NCBI GenBank assembly: GCA_905182065.1
Contig: CAJIZN010000002.1
Coordinates: 7,175-71,174 of the forward strand
DNA length: 64,000 nucleotides
Reading direction: 5' to 3'
From: Candidatus Marisimplicoccus framensis
GTDB taxonomy: Bacteria > Bacteroidota > Bacteroidia > Flavobacteriales > Flavobacteriaceae
Shown: piece by piece, positions 26,249-36,590 of the stretch
Layout of the letters: each line of letters starts with the position of its first letter
Position numbering within the stretch: the first letter of the stretch is position 1
Notes under the pieces: generated by a model
What the model saw: the letters and a program-made list of their open reading frames with translations, nothing else
Told to the model about the DNA's origin: nothing
The model's database searches: none
Program-made: the position numbers and the translations under genes

Positions 26249-27599
26249 GAATAACTACTTCAATCTTATCATTCAAAGACAAGAATTCTGAAGGATGCTT
26301 TATTTTCTTTGTCCAGGATAGATCAGAAATATAGATTAATCCATCAATACCTTCTTCAAGTTCAATAAAAACACCAAAATTTGTAAAGTTTCTTACAGAC
26401 CCTGTGTGATTAGATCCAATAGGGAACTTTTTTGTAATATCAGTCCATGGATCTTCAGATAATTGTTTCATACCAAGAGACATTTTTCTTGATTCTCTAT
26501 CAAGATTTAAAACAACTGCTTCAATCTCATCTCCAACATTAACAAAATCCTGAGCACTCCTTAAATGAGTTGACCATGACATTTCAGAGACATGTACTAG
26601 ACCCTCTATACCTTCATCAACTTCAATAAAAGCACCATAATCAGCAATTACAACAACTTTACCCGTTACTTTTGAACCATCAGTAACATCATCACCTAAT
26701 TTATCCCATGGATGTTGAGTTAATTGTTTAAGTCCAAGTTGAATCTTAGATTTATCGTCATCAAAGTCTAAGATTACTACTTTAATAGTCTGATCAAGTT
26801 CAAGAATTTCACTTGGGTGATTAATTCTACTCCATGACAAGTCAGTAATGTGAATAAGGCCATCTACTCCACCTAAATCGATGAATACACCGTATGATGT
26901 CATATTTTTAACAGTCCCCTCAAGAACCTGTCCTTTTTCAAGTTGACTTATGATTCCTTTTTTCTGTTCTTCAATGTCAGCTTCTATAAGAGCTTTATGA
27001 GATACTACAACATTTTTAAATTCATGGTTAATTTTAACAACTTTAAAGTCCATGTTTTTGTTAGTATATTGATCATAGTCCCTTATTGGTTTAACATCAA
27101 TTTGAGAACCAGGCAAGAAAGCTTCAATTCCAAAAACATCAACAATCATTCCACCTTTAGTTCTACATTTTACAAAACCTTGAACTATATGACCTTCATC
27201 ATGAGCTTCATTTACCCTTTCCCATGCTTTAATTACTCTTGCTTTTCTATGCGATAATACTAATTGACCAGATTTATCTTCTCTAGTATCCACTATTACT
27301 TCTACTTTATCACCAACTTTAAGGTCAGGATTGTATCTAAATTCATTTTTTGAAATTACTCCTTCTGATTTTGCATTAATATCAATTATAATATCCTTGT
27401 CTGTCAAATGAATAACTTCTCCTTCAATTATATTATCATCTGATGTGTCAACAAAATTTTTCTCGACAAGTTTTTCGAACTCTGTAATTTGCTTATCATC
27501 AAGTTCATCAATTCCTTCTTGATATTGATGCCAGTTAAAATTAGTTAAAAAATCATCTTGAGGTTTAGCTTCTTTATTAGCTTTCTTTGTGAGTTGCCT
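26232..27599 (-). CDS. rpsA: 30S ribosomal protein S1, central fragment (S1 domains)
   Basis: Frame is open from 27599 (KKANKEAKPQDDFLTNFNWHQYQEG...). Repeated S1 OB-fold motifs follow, e.g. GFVKCRTKGGMIVDVFGIEAFLPGSQ, GTVKNMTSYGVFIDLGGVDGLIHITD, GKVVVIADYGAFIEV. Confidence 0.93.
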   Translation of the reverse strand, partial: RQLTKKANKEAKPQDDFLTNFNWHQYQEGIDELDDKQITEFEKLVEKNFVDTSDDNIIEGEVIHLTDKDIIIDINAKSEGVISKNEFRYNPDLKVGDKVEVIVDTREDKSGQLVLSHRKARVIKAWERVNEAHDEGHIVQGFVKCRTKGGMIVDVFGIEAFLPGSQIDVKPIRDYDQYTNKNMDFKVVKINHEFKNVVVSHKALIEADIEEQKKGIISQLEKGQVLEGTVKNMTSYGVFIDLGGVDGLIHITDLSWSRINHPSEILELDQTIKVVILDFDDDKSKIQLGLKQLTQHPWDKLGDDVTDGSKVTGKVVVIADYGAFIEVDEGIEGLVHVSEMSWSTHLRSAQDFVNVGDEIEAVVLNLDRESRKMSLGMKQLSEDPWTDITKKFPIGSNHTGSVRNFTNFGVFIELEEGIDGLIYISDLSWTKKIKHPSEFLSLNDKIEVVILDLRC

Positions 27600-27654
27600 T
27601 TACAGGCTTTTCTGTCTCCTCAATATTAGTGTTTGCAGTATTGTCTTCGCTCAT
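27577..27654 (-). CDS. rpsA: 30S ribosomal protein S1, extreme N-terminal fragment (frame break 27580-27600)
   Basis: ATG at 27654: MSEDNTANTNIEETEKPVKATHKES, then a stop. The protein continues in the neighbouring frame. Confidence 0.6.
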   Translation of the reverse strand: MSEDNTANTNIEETEKPVKATHKES

Positions 27655-27660
27655 AGGGCG

Positions 27661-27691
27661 CAAAAATATAATTAATTAAGTTATTGACAAA
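27661..27691 (-). promoter_or_regulatory. Bacteroidetes-type sigma-A promoter of rpsA (TTTG-N19-TATTTTTG)
   Basis: Minus strand has TTTG (27691-27688), a 19-nt spacer, then TATTTTTG (27668-27661). Only CGCCCT (6 nt) lies between the box and the ATG at 27654. Confidence 0.6.
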
Positions 27692-27710
27692 GTTAACATC
27701 AGTTTTTTAT

Positions 27711-28367
27711 CTACTTGGAATTGATTTTTTGAAGTATTTTATCAAAAACTTGAATTATAGAAAGGGAAGTAACATCTATTTCATATGCATCATCAGCTTT
27801 TTTTAGGGGTGCTATCTTTCTAGTTGAATCTGTATTGTCTCTGGTTTTTATCTCTTTTTCTATAGACTCTAATTTAACTGATTTATCGTTAATTTGTTTA
27901 TGACGTCTTTCTGCTCTAACCTTAGAGTCTGCAAATAGAAAGAATTTAAAGTCAGCATCAGGAAAAACTACTGTTCCTATGTCCCTCCCATCAATTACAA
28001 GAGAATTGGATTTAGCAGATTTTCTTAATTGTGTGTAAACAAAATTTCTAATTTCAGATTTTTTAGCATAACTACTAACATTTATTGACACTTTATAACC
28101 CCTAATTTTATCAGATACATCTTCATTATTTAAATAAATAATTAATTTATTGTCTTTAAAAGTCTGCTTTAAATCAATTTTATCGAGAATAGTTTGAGAT
28201 ATATCTTCATTTGAATTAATATTATTTTGAATAAGATAAAGTGTTAAAGCTCTATAATAGGCTCCTGAATCTCTGTAGTCAAAATCTAGCTCTTCAGCTA
28301 TTTTTTTAGCTTGAGTGCTCTTGCCTGTTGAAGCTTCTCCGTCTATAGCTACAATTACTGGATTCAA
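27711..28367 (-). CDS. cmk: cytidylate kinase
   Basis: P-loop IAIDGEASTGKST. Conserved cmk-rpsA synteny. Confidence 0.9.
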   Translation of the reverse strand: MNPVIVAIDGEASTGKSTQAKKIAEELDFDYRDSGAYYRALTLYLIQNNINSNEDISQTILDKIDLKQTFKDNKLIIYLNNEDVSDKIRGYKVSINVSSYAKKSEIRNFVYTQLRKSAKSNSLVIDGRDIGTVVFPDADFKFFLFADSKVRAERRHKQINDKSVKLESIEKEIKTRDNTDSTRKIAPLKKADDAYEIDVTSLSIIQVFDKILQKINSK

Positions 28368-28368
28368 A

Positions 28369-29340
28369 TCAAATTAATTTAGAGTTTACGACTTTTCTGT
28401 TTGTCAATGCGTTGGTAATAACCTCAGCCATTGTGTCAACGTATATAAATTTTAATCCTTTAAGATATTTTACGTTTATTATATCAATATCTTTTTTGTT
28501 GTATGAACTTAAAATAATTTCTTTAATATTAGCTCTTTTAGCAGCTAAGATTTTTTCTTTTATACCCCCCACTGGCAATACCTTCCCTCTCAAAGTTATT
28601 TCACCTGTCATAGCTATATTCTTTTTAACTCTTTTTTGAGTAAATAACGAAACAAGTGATGTTAAGATTGTAATACCAGCACTAGGACCGTCTTTGGGAG
28701 TTGCACCTTCAGGTACATGAATGTGAATGTTATACTTTGAATAATCTACTTTCTTATTTATTCCAAGTTGGTCAGAATTTGATTTAATAAATTCTAGGGC
28801 GATGGTAGCAGACTCTTTCATTATTTTACCCAGATTTCCTGTTATAGACATAGTTCCTTTTCCTTCTGAAATAGATGATTCAATAAATAAAATTTCACCA
28901 CCAACTGAAGTCCATGCTAATCCAGTAACAACCCCAGCCACAAGATTATTTTCATATTTATCTCTATAAAACTTTTTAGGACCAAGAACATTTTTTAAAA
29001 AATCAAGATCTTTGGAGTCATTAATTTTAGATTTAGAAACAATATTTTTAGCTCTATTTCTTATTAATTTAGCTATTTGTTTTTCAAGATTTCTTACACC
29101 TGATTCCCTAGTGTAACCACTAATTATATCTTTTAATATTTGATTATTAATTTTAAAGTCACCACTCTTCATTCCATGTTCTAATAATTGTTTTTTAATT
29201 AGAAATTTTGAAGCAATTGAGACTTTTTCTTCTGATGTGTAACCTGATACATTAATCAATTCCATTCTATCCAAGTAATGCAGGATGTAGAGAAGATAAA
29301 TTATTAGCTGTTGCAATAAACATGACCTTTGAAAGATCAT
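28369..29340 (-). CDS. lon: Lon protease, C-terminal fragment (proteolytic domain)
   Basis: [17 protein letters not shown]...[15 protein letters not shown] (catalytic Ser)...[18 protein letters not shown] (catalytic Lys). The true join is near 29271; the ORF-track start at 29340 is spurious. Confidence 0.92.
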   Translation of the reverse strand: MIFQRSCLLQQLIIYLLYILHYLDRMELINVSGYTSEEKVSIASKFLIKKQLLEHGMKSGDFKINNQILKDIISGYTRESGVRNLEKQIAKLIRNRAKNIVSKSKINDSKDLDFLKNVLGPKKFYRDKYENNLVAGVVTGLAWTSVGGEILFIESSISEGKGTMSITGNLGKIMKESATIALEFIKSNSDQLGINKKVDYSKYNIHIHVPEGATPKDGPSAGITILTSLVSLFTQKRVKKNIAMTGEITLRGKVLPVGGIKEKILAAKRANIKEIILSSYNKKDIDIINVKYLKGLKFIYVDTMAEVITNALTNRKVVNSKLI

Positions 29341-30820
29341 AACCTATTTCTAAAAAATTATCATGAAAGGAATTATTCTGCTCTGGATCTAGTAATTCTA
29401 ATAATGCAGAACTAGGATCTCCTTGAGATCCACTTGATATTTTATCAATTTCATCTAATACAAATACTGGATTTGAAGTGCCTGATTTCCTAATACTTTG
29501 AATAATTCTACCAGGCATAGCTCCAATGTATGTTTTTCTATGACCTCTAATCTCTGCTTCATCTCTTAGTCCTCCTAAGGAAACTCTAACATACTCTCTG
29601 TTGATTGATTTTGCAATAGATTTACCTAGTGAAGTTTTTCCAACACCAGGAGGTCCATACAAACAAAGTATTGGAGATTTCATATCACTTCTGAGCTTTA
29701 ACACAGCTAAATATTCAATAATTCTTTTTTTAACATCCTCAAGACCAAAATGATCTCTGTCTAGAATTTTTTGAGCTTTACTTAAATCAAAGTTGTCTTC
29801 TGAAAACTTCTCCCAAGGTAAGTCAACTATTAGATCTAGATAATTTCTTTGGACAGAATACTCGGCTACTTGAGAGTTCATTCTCTTAAGTTTTGATAAT
29901 TCTTTTTCAAAATGAACTTTGGTTTCATCATTCCAATCCTTATTCTTTGATTTATTTATTAATTCTTGAATGTCCTCTTGATATGAGTTATCTCCTAGCT
30001 CTTCTTGAATTGTCTTCATTTGCTGTTGAAGATAATACTCACGTTGTTGTTGATCTAAATCATTTTTTACTTTAGATTGTATATCATTTTTCAATGCGAG
30101 TTTTTCATATTCTACATTTAAAAATTTTAGACATTTTAAAGCTCTATCTTCAATACTAATACTTGAAAGTAAATTCTGCTTATCTTTTAATGTTATATTC
30201 ATATTTGAACAAACAAAATTTATTAAAAAAGCAGAACTATGTATATTTTTAATTGCAAAGGATGCTTCAGAGGGTATATTAGGATTTTCCTTAATTATTT
30301 TTAGAGCTATATCCTTTATAGCATCAATTGTAGCGGAAAATTTACTGTTTGATTTTTTTTGATTCTTATCATTCACTGAATCAACTGTGGCTTGAATATA
30401 TGGATCAGTTTTAACAACTGATTTTATTTTAAACCTTTTCTTACCTTGAATTATAACAGTTGTGTTTCCGTCTGGCATTTTTAGAACTCTTAATATTTTT
30501 GCAACAGTTCCTACCCCATGTATATTATCTATACTAGGATTTTCATCTTTACCACTTTTTTGAGCTACAACTCCAATTAGTTTATTTGATTTATTAGCAT
30601 CCTTTATAAGTTTGATTGATTTATCACTCCCTGCGTTTATTGGGATGACAACACCTGGAAACAAAACAGTGTTTGTTAATGGTAAAATTGATAATACATC
30701 AGGTAGAACCTCCTTTTCTAGAGCTTCTTCATCCTCAGATGTCATTAAAGGAATAAATTCAGATTCTTCCCCAAGATCATCAAATGACATATTGTCTATA
30801 TTATTAAATATTATACTCAT
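29267..30820 (-). CDS. lon: Lon protease, N-terminal fragment (LON N-domain plus AAA+; frame break at GG, plus-strand CC 29271-29272)
   Basis: [16 protein letters not shown], Walker [14 protein letters not shown], and Walker [10 protein letters not shown]. Confidence 0.92.
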   Translation of the reverse strand: MSIIFNNIDNMSFDDLGEESEFIPLMTSEDEEALEKEVLPDVLSILPLTNTVLFPGVVIPINAGSDKSIKLIKDANKSNKLIGVVAQKSGKDENPSIDNIHGVGTVAKILRVLKMPDGNTTVIIQGKKRFKIKSVVKTDPYIQATVDSVNDKNQKKSNSKFSATIDAIKDIALKIIKENPNIPSEASFAIKNIHSSAFLINFVCSNMNITLKDKQNLLSSISIEDRALKCLKFLNVEYEKLALKNDIQSKVKNDLDQQQREYYLQQQMKTIQEELGDNSYQEDIQELINKSKNKDWNDETKVHFEKELSKLKRMNSQVAEYSVQRNYLDLIVDLPWEKFSEDNFDLSKAQKILDRDHFGLEDVKKRIIEYLAVLKLRSDMKSPILCLYGPPGVGKTSLGKSIAKSINREYVRVSLGGLRDEAEIRGHRKTYIGAMPGRIIQSIRKSGTSNPVFVLDEIDKISSGSQGDPSSALLELLDPEQNNSFHDNFLEIGYDLSKVMFIATANNLSSLHPALLG

Positions 30821-30911
30821 AAAATATTTTTTCAGTCATTTTGTCATAAAGCATAAACATTTAAGTATGAATACAGTATTCACAACAATTACATATAAAT
30901 AAGTTCAAAAC

Positions 30912-32234
30912 CTATGCCAACTTATTTTTGTCAATACGAGGAACTCTAGTAAGAAGAATAGCTCCTAGAAAGAAGAAAAACATAAATATTATTACGGAGA
31001 ATCTAACATTGCCTGTTATTTGCGCAGCAACTGCATAAAAAAGCATTCCAAATACTATTCCTATTTTTTCTGTAACATCGTAAAAACTAAAGAAAGAGGT
31101 TGTGTCTTTAGTGTCAGGAATAAATAAAGAAAATGTTGCTCTAGTAATTGGTTGAGTTCCACCCATTAAAAGGCCTACAAGACCAGCAACGATATAGAAT
31201 TGAACTGGATAGTGAATGAAGTATGCATATAAACAAACTCCTCCCCATAAAAATATTGCAAAAGTTAAGACAATAATATTTCCAAATTTCTGAGCTAATC
31301 TTGTAAAGATATGAGCTCCTGCAATTGCGACTAATTGAATAAGTAAAATACTAATAATTAGACCTGATGTCTGCTCACTTGGGCTACCCCACTCTATCTC
31401 ACTTACACCAAAATATGATGCTATATATAGAACTGTTTGTAATGAGAATGAAAAAACAAAAAATGCTAATAAAAATCTAGTAAACCTTTTACTTGACCGT
31501 ATTACTTTATATACTTTTTTAAGCTCCCTAAATCCATTCCATATAATATTTTTAGGAATCTTTACACCTTTATTTCCTTTTGGTAAATGATAAAATGAGT
31601 ATTGACTAAAGCCTAACCACCAAACTCCAACAATTGCAAAAGATAATTTCATAGCATTTATCTCAGAAGTAAACCCAAATGATTCATAATAGTTAATCAT
31701 AATTAAATTTACTAGTAATAGAGACACACTTCCTATGTAGCCCATTGCAAAACCTCTAGCGCTTACCATATTTGTTTGTTTTGGATAAGTTATATCTGTT
31801 AAATATGAATTATAGTAAACCAGACTTCCCCAATAACCAATTAATGCAAGAACATAAAATACTAGACTAATTTCAATTGTTTCTAATTCAAACCAATACA
31901 GGCCTAGACATGAGATTGACCCCATGTAAACAAAGAATTTCATAAAGATCTTTTTATTGCCTGTATAATCAGCAATTCCACTTAATAATGGAGATAAAAA
32001 AGCAATAATTAAAAATGAAAAACCTGACACTGAACTTATTAAAGTGTCTTTATTGATTTCTAAATTAAATATGATAACACTATTAGTTTGTGCAAAAATA
32101 TATTGAGAATAATAAATTGGAAAAATTGCAGATGATATAACTAAAGAATAAACAGAGTTGGCCCAATCATACCAAGTCCATGCACCTATTAGTTTTTTGC
32201 TACCTCTAGGATGATCAGTTTTTTTATTAAACAT
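30912..32234 (-). CDS. MFS transporter (UMF1/Atg22-like family)
   Basis: 440 aa, about 12 predicted TM helices, with the N-terminal WTWYDWANSVY motif typical of this family. Confidence 0.8.
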   Translation of the reverse strand: MFNKKTDHPRGSKKLIGAWTWYDWANSVYSLVISSAIFPIYYSQYIFAQTNSVIIFNLEINKDTLISSVSGFSFLIIAFLSPLLSGIADYTGNKKIFMKFFVYMGSISCLGLYWFELETIEISLVFYVLALIGYWGSLVYYNSYLTDITYPKQTNMVSARGFAMGYIGSVSLLLVNLIMINYYESFGFTSEINAMKLSFAIVGVWWLGFSQYSFYHLPKGNKGVKIPKNIIWNGFRELKKVYKVIRSSKRFTRFLLAFFVFSFSLQTVLYIASYFGVSEIEWGSPSEQTSGLIISILLIQLVAIAGAHIFTRLAQKFGNIIVLTFAIFLWGGVCLYAYFIHYPVQFYIVAGLVGLLMGGTQPITRATFSLFIPDTKDTTSFFSFYDVTEKIGIVFGMLFYAVAAQITGNVRFSVIIFMFFFFLGAILLTRVPRIDKNKLA

Positions 32235-32299
32235 AAATTTAAATGATGTTCAAATTAAGCAAATAATTCAAAAGATATATATATTTGTTAAAAAAATAG

Positions 32300-32791
32300 A
32301 TGTTCAATAAATTATACTTATTTGGAATTTTATTTTTTAGCTTAACATTGCTAAATTGTCAAACTTCTACTAATAACAAAGAACCTAAAATAACTTTTAA
32401 AGTGAGTAAAAAAGATAAAGATTGGAAAGAAGAGCTTTCACCTGAAGAATATGAAATTTTAAGAAATAAAGGGACCGAAAGACCAAATACAGGAATATAC
32501 AATATGCACTTTGAAGAAGGTGTTTATGCTTGCAAGGGATGTGGACAAGCACTTTTTAAAAGTAATAATAAATTTATGTCTGACTGTGGCTGGCCAAGCT
32601 ATGAAAGTGCTCTTCCAGGTGCTATAACATACATTAAAGATACAAGTTTAGGAATGGTAAGAACTGAAATTGTATGCTCAAACTGTGGTGGTCATCAAGG
32701 TCATGTTTTTGATGATGGGCCTACCTCAACTGGAAAAAGATATTGTGTTAATTCTGCTAGTATTAATTTCATAAATAATAAAAATGAGTAA
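32300..32791 (+). CDS. msrB: peptide-methionine (R)-S-oxide reductase, secreted form
   Basis: Signal peptide, then CKGCGQALF, GWPSY, and CSNCGGHQGHVFDDGP (zinc CxxC pairs). Confidence 0.92.
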   Translation: MFNKLYLFGILFFSLTLLNCQTSTNNKEPKITFKVSKKDKDWKEELSPEEYEILRNKGTERPNTGIYNMHFEEGVYACKGCGQALFKSNNKFMSDCGWPSYESALPGAITYIKDTSLGMVRTEIVCSNCGGHQGHVFDDGPTSTGKRYCVNSASINFINNKNE

Positions 32792-34175
32792 AAAATATGA
32801 TCTAATTGTTCTGGGTAGTGGTCCAGGAGGTTATGTAACTGCTATTAGAGCATCTCAGTTAGGTTTAAAAACTGCAATAATTGAGAAGGAAAGTCTTGGT
32901 GGAGTTTGCCTAAACTGGGGGTGTATTCCAACTAAAGCACTACTTAAATCTGCACAAGTATTTGAATATCTAAAAAATGCTGATTCCTATGGACTTAAAA
33001 TTAAGGACTTTGATAAAGATTTTGAATCAGTAGTTAAAAGAAGTAGAAATGTTGCAGATGGAATGAGTAAGGGAGTTAATTTCTTAATGAAGAAAAATAA
33101 AATTGACGTAATTACTGGATATGGAAAGATATTACCTAATAAAAATATTTCTGTTGAAAATAATGGTCAAACTGAAAACTTTGAAGCTAATAATATTGTA
33201 ATTGCAACTGGGGGGAGATCAAGAGTTATTGAATCTATTCCTCAGGATGGTAAAAAAATAATTGGATACAGAGAAGCTATGACACTTCAAAAGCAACCCA
33301 AAAAAATGATAATTGTTGGATCAGGAGCAATAGGTATTGAATTTGCATATTTCTACAACTCTATGGGAACTGAAGTTAAAGTAGTTGAATATATGGATAG
33401 AGTTTTACCAGTTGAAGATAAAGATATTTCAAAGGAATTAAATAAAACCTTTAGAAAGTCTGGAATTGAGATCTTAACAGAATCAGAGGTGGTTTCTTCT
33501 GATACAAAAGGCAAAGGAGTTAAAGTTCAAATTAATTCCAAAGGTCAGATTTCTGAACATGAAGCAGATATTGTTCTTTCTGCAGTAGGTGTAAAAAGTA
33601 ATATTGAAAACATTGGGCTAGAAGAGGTTGGAATAGCTGTAGATAAAGATAAAATAATCGTTGATGAATTTTATCAAACTAATATACCTGGCTACTTTGC
33701 TATTGGAGATGTAACATCAGGACAAGCATTAGCTCATGTAGCTTCTGCAGAAGGTATTCTGTGTGTTGAAAAAATTGCAAATCATGATGTTGAACCAATT
33801 GATTATGAAAATATTCCTGGATGTACATATTGTGCTCCAGAAGTTGCTTCTGTAGGTTTAACTGAGGAAAAAGCTTTAGAGAAAGGATATACTCTTAAGA
33901 TTGGTAAGTTTCCTTTTACTGCATCTGGTAAAGCTCAAGCCTCTGGACATTCAGGTGGATTTGTCAAAGTAATATTTGATGAGAAATATGGTGAATGGTT
34001 AGGGTGTCATATGATAGGAGCTGGAGTCACTGATATGATTGCTGAAGCTGTTTTAGGAAGAAAGCTTGAAACTACTGGTAAGGAAATTTTAAAATCAGTT
34101 CATCCTCATCCTACTATGAGTGAGGCGTTAATGGAAGCTGTTGCTGCTGCATATGATGAGGTAATACATCTCTAG
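32784..34175 (+). CDS. lpdA: dihydrolipoyl dehydrogenase
   Basis: GSGPGGY FAD motif, redox disulfide GGVCLNWGCIPTK, C-terminal HPHPTMSEA. Confidence 0.93.
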   Translation: MSKKYDLIVLGSGPGGYVTAIRASQLGLKTAIIEKESLGGVCLNWGCIPTKALLKSAQVFEYLKNADSYGLKIKDFDKDFESVVKRSRNVADGMSKGVNFLMKKNKIDVITGYGKILPNKNISVENNGQTENFEANNIVIATGGRSRVIESIPQDGKKIIGYREAMTLQKQPKKMIIVGSGAIGIEFAYFYNSMGTEVKVVEYMDRVLPVEDKDISKELNKTFRKSGIEILTESEVVSSDTKGKGVKVQINSKGQISEHEADIVLSAVGVKSNIENIGLEEVGIAVDKDKIIVDEFYQTNIPGYFAIGDVTSGQALAHVASAEGILCVEKIANHDVEPIDYENIPGCTYCAPEVASVGLTEEKALEKGYTLKIGKFPFTASGKAQASGHSGGFVKVIFDEKYGEWLGCHMIGAGVTDMIAEAVLGRKLETTGKEILKSVHPHPTMSEALMEAVAAAYDEVIHL

Positions 34176-34585
34176 TTAACCAGACTCTCAATTCCTAACT
34201 TATAACTATTTAGGCCAAATCCTATAATTATACCATCTACAACTGGAGACAAAAATGAATTGTGTCTAAATTCTTCTCTAGAATATGTATTTGATATATG
34301 AACCTCAATAACTTTACAATCAATTGATTTTACTGCGTCTGCAATACCAATAGAAGTATGAGTATAAGCAGCAGCATTTAATATAATTCCATCAAATTCT
34401 TTAGATTCATGAATTTTATTAATTATTTCCCCTTCAATATTTGATTGAAAATACTCAATTGTAATTTTTGGAAAAGAAGCTCTAAGTGAATCCAAGTATG
34501 ATTCAAAGTTTTGACTACCATAAATATTGGTTTCTCTACTTCCTAGAAGATTCAAATTTGGTCCGTTAATTATTGTTATTTTCAT
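34172..34585 (-). CDS. aroQ: type II 3-dehydroquinate dehydratase
   Basis: INGPNLNLLGSRETNIYG and AAAYTHTSIGIADA motifs. 137 aa. Confidence 0.92.
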   Translation of the reverse strand: MKITIINGPNLNLLGSRETNIYGSQNFESYLDSLRASFPKITIEYFQSNIEGEIINKIHESKEFDGIILNAAAYTHTSIGIADAVKSIDCKVIEVHISNTYSREEFRHNSFLSPVVDGIIIGFGLNSYKLGIESLVN

Positions 34586-34627
34586 ATATTATAAAGGTAA
34601 TACTTAAAGAGTAACTAAAAAATTAAA

Positions 34628-35524
34628 ATGAATTGGGATTCAGGCTTTGAGAATTTTAAAAATTATTTAAAGTTAGAGCGAGGTCTAAGTGACAACTCGA
34701 TTAAAAGCTATGATTATGATCTTGTCTTATTTAAAAAATTTTTGGTTGCAAATAAAATAAATGATACTCCATTTAATTGCAAATCTGAGACTATCAAAAA
34801 CTATCTATATAAAAGCTTTTCAGATAAAAAATCAAGAAGTCAAGCCAGAAGTATATCGGCTATTAAAAGTTTTTTTAATTATTTAATTTTTGAGGGATAC
34901 ATCAAAGAGTCTCCCATCTCTAATATTGAAGCACCAAAACAAGAAAAAAAACTACCAGTAGTTTTGACAGAAGACGAAATAAAAAATTTAATTAATTCTA
35001 TTGATTTAAATCATGATTTTGGTCAGAGAAATAAAACAATAATAGAAATACTTTATGGAACTGGTATTCGAGTTAGTGAACTTGTAAATTTAAAATTATC
35101 AAATATTTTTTTTAAGGAGAATATTATTAAAGTAATTGGAAAGGGAAATAAGGAAAGGTTTGTTCCTTTGGGAGAAATTGCATCCTATGAGATGAAAATT
35201 TATATTAATGATCGAAATCGATTGAAAATTGATTCAAAATCTTCAGACATCTTATTTCTTAATAGGTATGGCAGGAGGCTAACTAGATCTATGATTTTTA
35301 AAATAATTAGCGATGCTAGCAAAAGAATTGGTTTAGATAAAAAAATTAGCCCTCATACTTTAAGACACTCTTTTGCAACTCATCTAATTAAAAATGGAGC
35401 AGATTTGAGAACTATACAGTTGATTCTTGGACATGAGAGCATAACCACTACTGAGATATATACTCATCTTGATACTTTACATTTAGAGGAGGTGTTGAAA
35501 AAATATCATCCAAGAGGAGATTGA
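34628..35524 (+). CDS. xerD: site-specific tyrosine recombinase XerD
   Basis: R...HTLRHSFATHL...LGHESITTTEIYTH catalytic signature (R-H-R-Y). 298 aa. Confidence 0.85.
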   Translation: MNWDSGFENFKNYLKLERGLSDNSIKSYDYDLVLFKKFLVANKINDTPFNCKSETIKNYLYKSFSDKKSRSQARSISAIKSFFNYLIFEGYIKESPISNIEAPKQEKKLPVVLTEDEIKNLINSIDLNHDFGQRNKTIIEILYGTGIRVSELVNLKLSNIFFKENIIKVIGKGNKERFVPLGEIASYEMKIYINDRNRLKIDSKSSDILFLNRYGRRLTRSMIFKIISDASKRIGLDKKISPHTLRHSFATHLIKNGADLRTIQLILGHESITTTEIYTHLDTLHLEEVLKKYHPRGD

Positions 35525-35540
35525 AAAAGTTTGAGCTTGA

Positions 35541-36239
35541 TTACTCTTTCATTAATCTAAACCCTTCTCCGTGAACATTAATAATTTTTAGAGAAACATC
35601 TTTATCAAGATATTTTCTAAGTTTAGCTATATAAACATCCATACTTCTAGAAGTAAAATAATTTGCATCTCTCCAAATTTTATTTAATGCAATATCTCTT
35701 GGTAAAAGGTCATCAAAATTAATAACAAGCATTTTAAGTAACTGATTTTCTTTAGGAGAAAGTTTATAACTTTCACCTTCTTTATGAGTTAAAATACGAA
35801 GTTTAGAGTTAAAGTTAAAATCACCAAATTCAAATTCAAATGTATCTTTTTCTTCATTGTTAACAATAGGTTTTCTGTTTAAAATTGATTTAATTTTTGC
35901 GAGCAAAATTTCAGAATCAAACGGTTTAGTTAAGTAGTCGTCTGCACCTATTTTATATCCTTTAAGAACATCATCTTTTAGATTTTTAGCAGTAAGGAAT
36001 ATCAAGGGAATTGCCTCATTAACTTCTCTTATTTCTCTTGCTAATGTGAGGCCATCTTTAAAGGGCATCATAATATCAAGAATACATAGATCAAATTCTG
36101 ATCTATTAAATTTTTCAAATCCTTCAATACCATTAACAGCTAGAGAAACCTCATAGTTATTAATAGTCAGGTAGTCTTTCAAGATTCTTCCAAAATTTGG
36201 ATCATCTTCAACTAATAATATTTTTTTATTTGATTTCAT
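35541..36239 (-). CDS. OmpR-family response regulator
   Basis: Receiver domain (LLVEDDP...DLCILDIMMP, with the phospho-acceptor Asp) plus a winged-helix output domain (YIAKLRKYL...GEGFRL). Confidence 0.88.
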   Translation of the reverse strand: MKSNKKILLVEDDPNFGRILKDYLTINNYEVSLAVNGIEGFEKFNRSEFDLCILDIMMPFKDGLTLAREIREVNEAIPLIFLTAKNLKDDVLKGYKIGADDYLTKPFDSEILLAKIKSILNRKPIVNNEEKDTFEFEFGDFNFNSKLRILTHKEGESYKLSPKENQLLKMLVINFDDLLPRDIALNKIWRDANYFTSRSMDVYIAKLRKYLDKDVSLKIINVHGEGFRLMKE

Positions 36240-36240
36240 T

Positions 36241-36537
36241 TTAAATGTTTTTTAAAGTTATATAAAACTTTGTTCCAGTCCCTTTTTTACTTTCTAATAA
36301 AATTTTTCCATTGTGAAAGTCAATAATTTTTTTAACGTAAGATAGTCCTAAACCATGACCTTTAATATTATGTATATCTCCATTCTGTTCACGATAAAAT
36401 TTTTCAAATATTAATTTTTGAGTATTCTTATCCATACCAATACCATTATCTTCAAAACAGAGTCTAATATCTTTATTAATATTAGTTGATGAAACAACTA
36501 TCTTTGGATTTTCCTTTGAGTATTTAACCGCATTGTC
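36241..36537 (-). CDS. sensor histidine kinase, C-terminal HATPase fragment
   Basis: Frame is open from 36537: DNAVKYSKENPKIVVSS...FEDNGIGMD...GHGLGLSYVKKII...GTGTKFYITL (N, G1 and G2 boxes). A 19-codon middle piece (36539-36595, DSNISGNSNHLENIIINIL) lies in a third frame, so there are two frame breaks. Confidence 0.85.
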   Translation of the reverse strand, partial: DNAVKYSKENPKIVVSSTNINKDIRLCFEDNGIGMDKNTQKLIFEKFYREQNGDIHNIKGHGLGLSYVKKIIDFHNGKILLESKKGTGTKFYITLKNI

Positions 36538-36590
36538 TAAGGATATTTATAATAATGTTCTCTAAATGATTACTATTACCACTAATATTA

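Noticed and set aside
34628-35524. Tyrosine recombinase as a marker of an integrated mobile element
   Set aside because: Its length and motifs fit housekeeping XerD. It is flanked by core genes (aroQ, lpdA, a two-component system). I see no flanking direct repeats, tRNA target or cargo genes.
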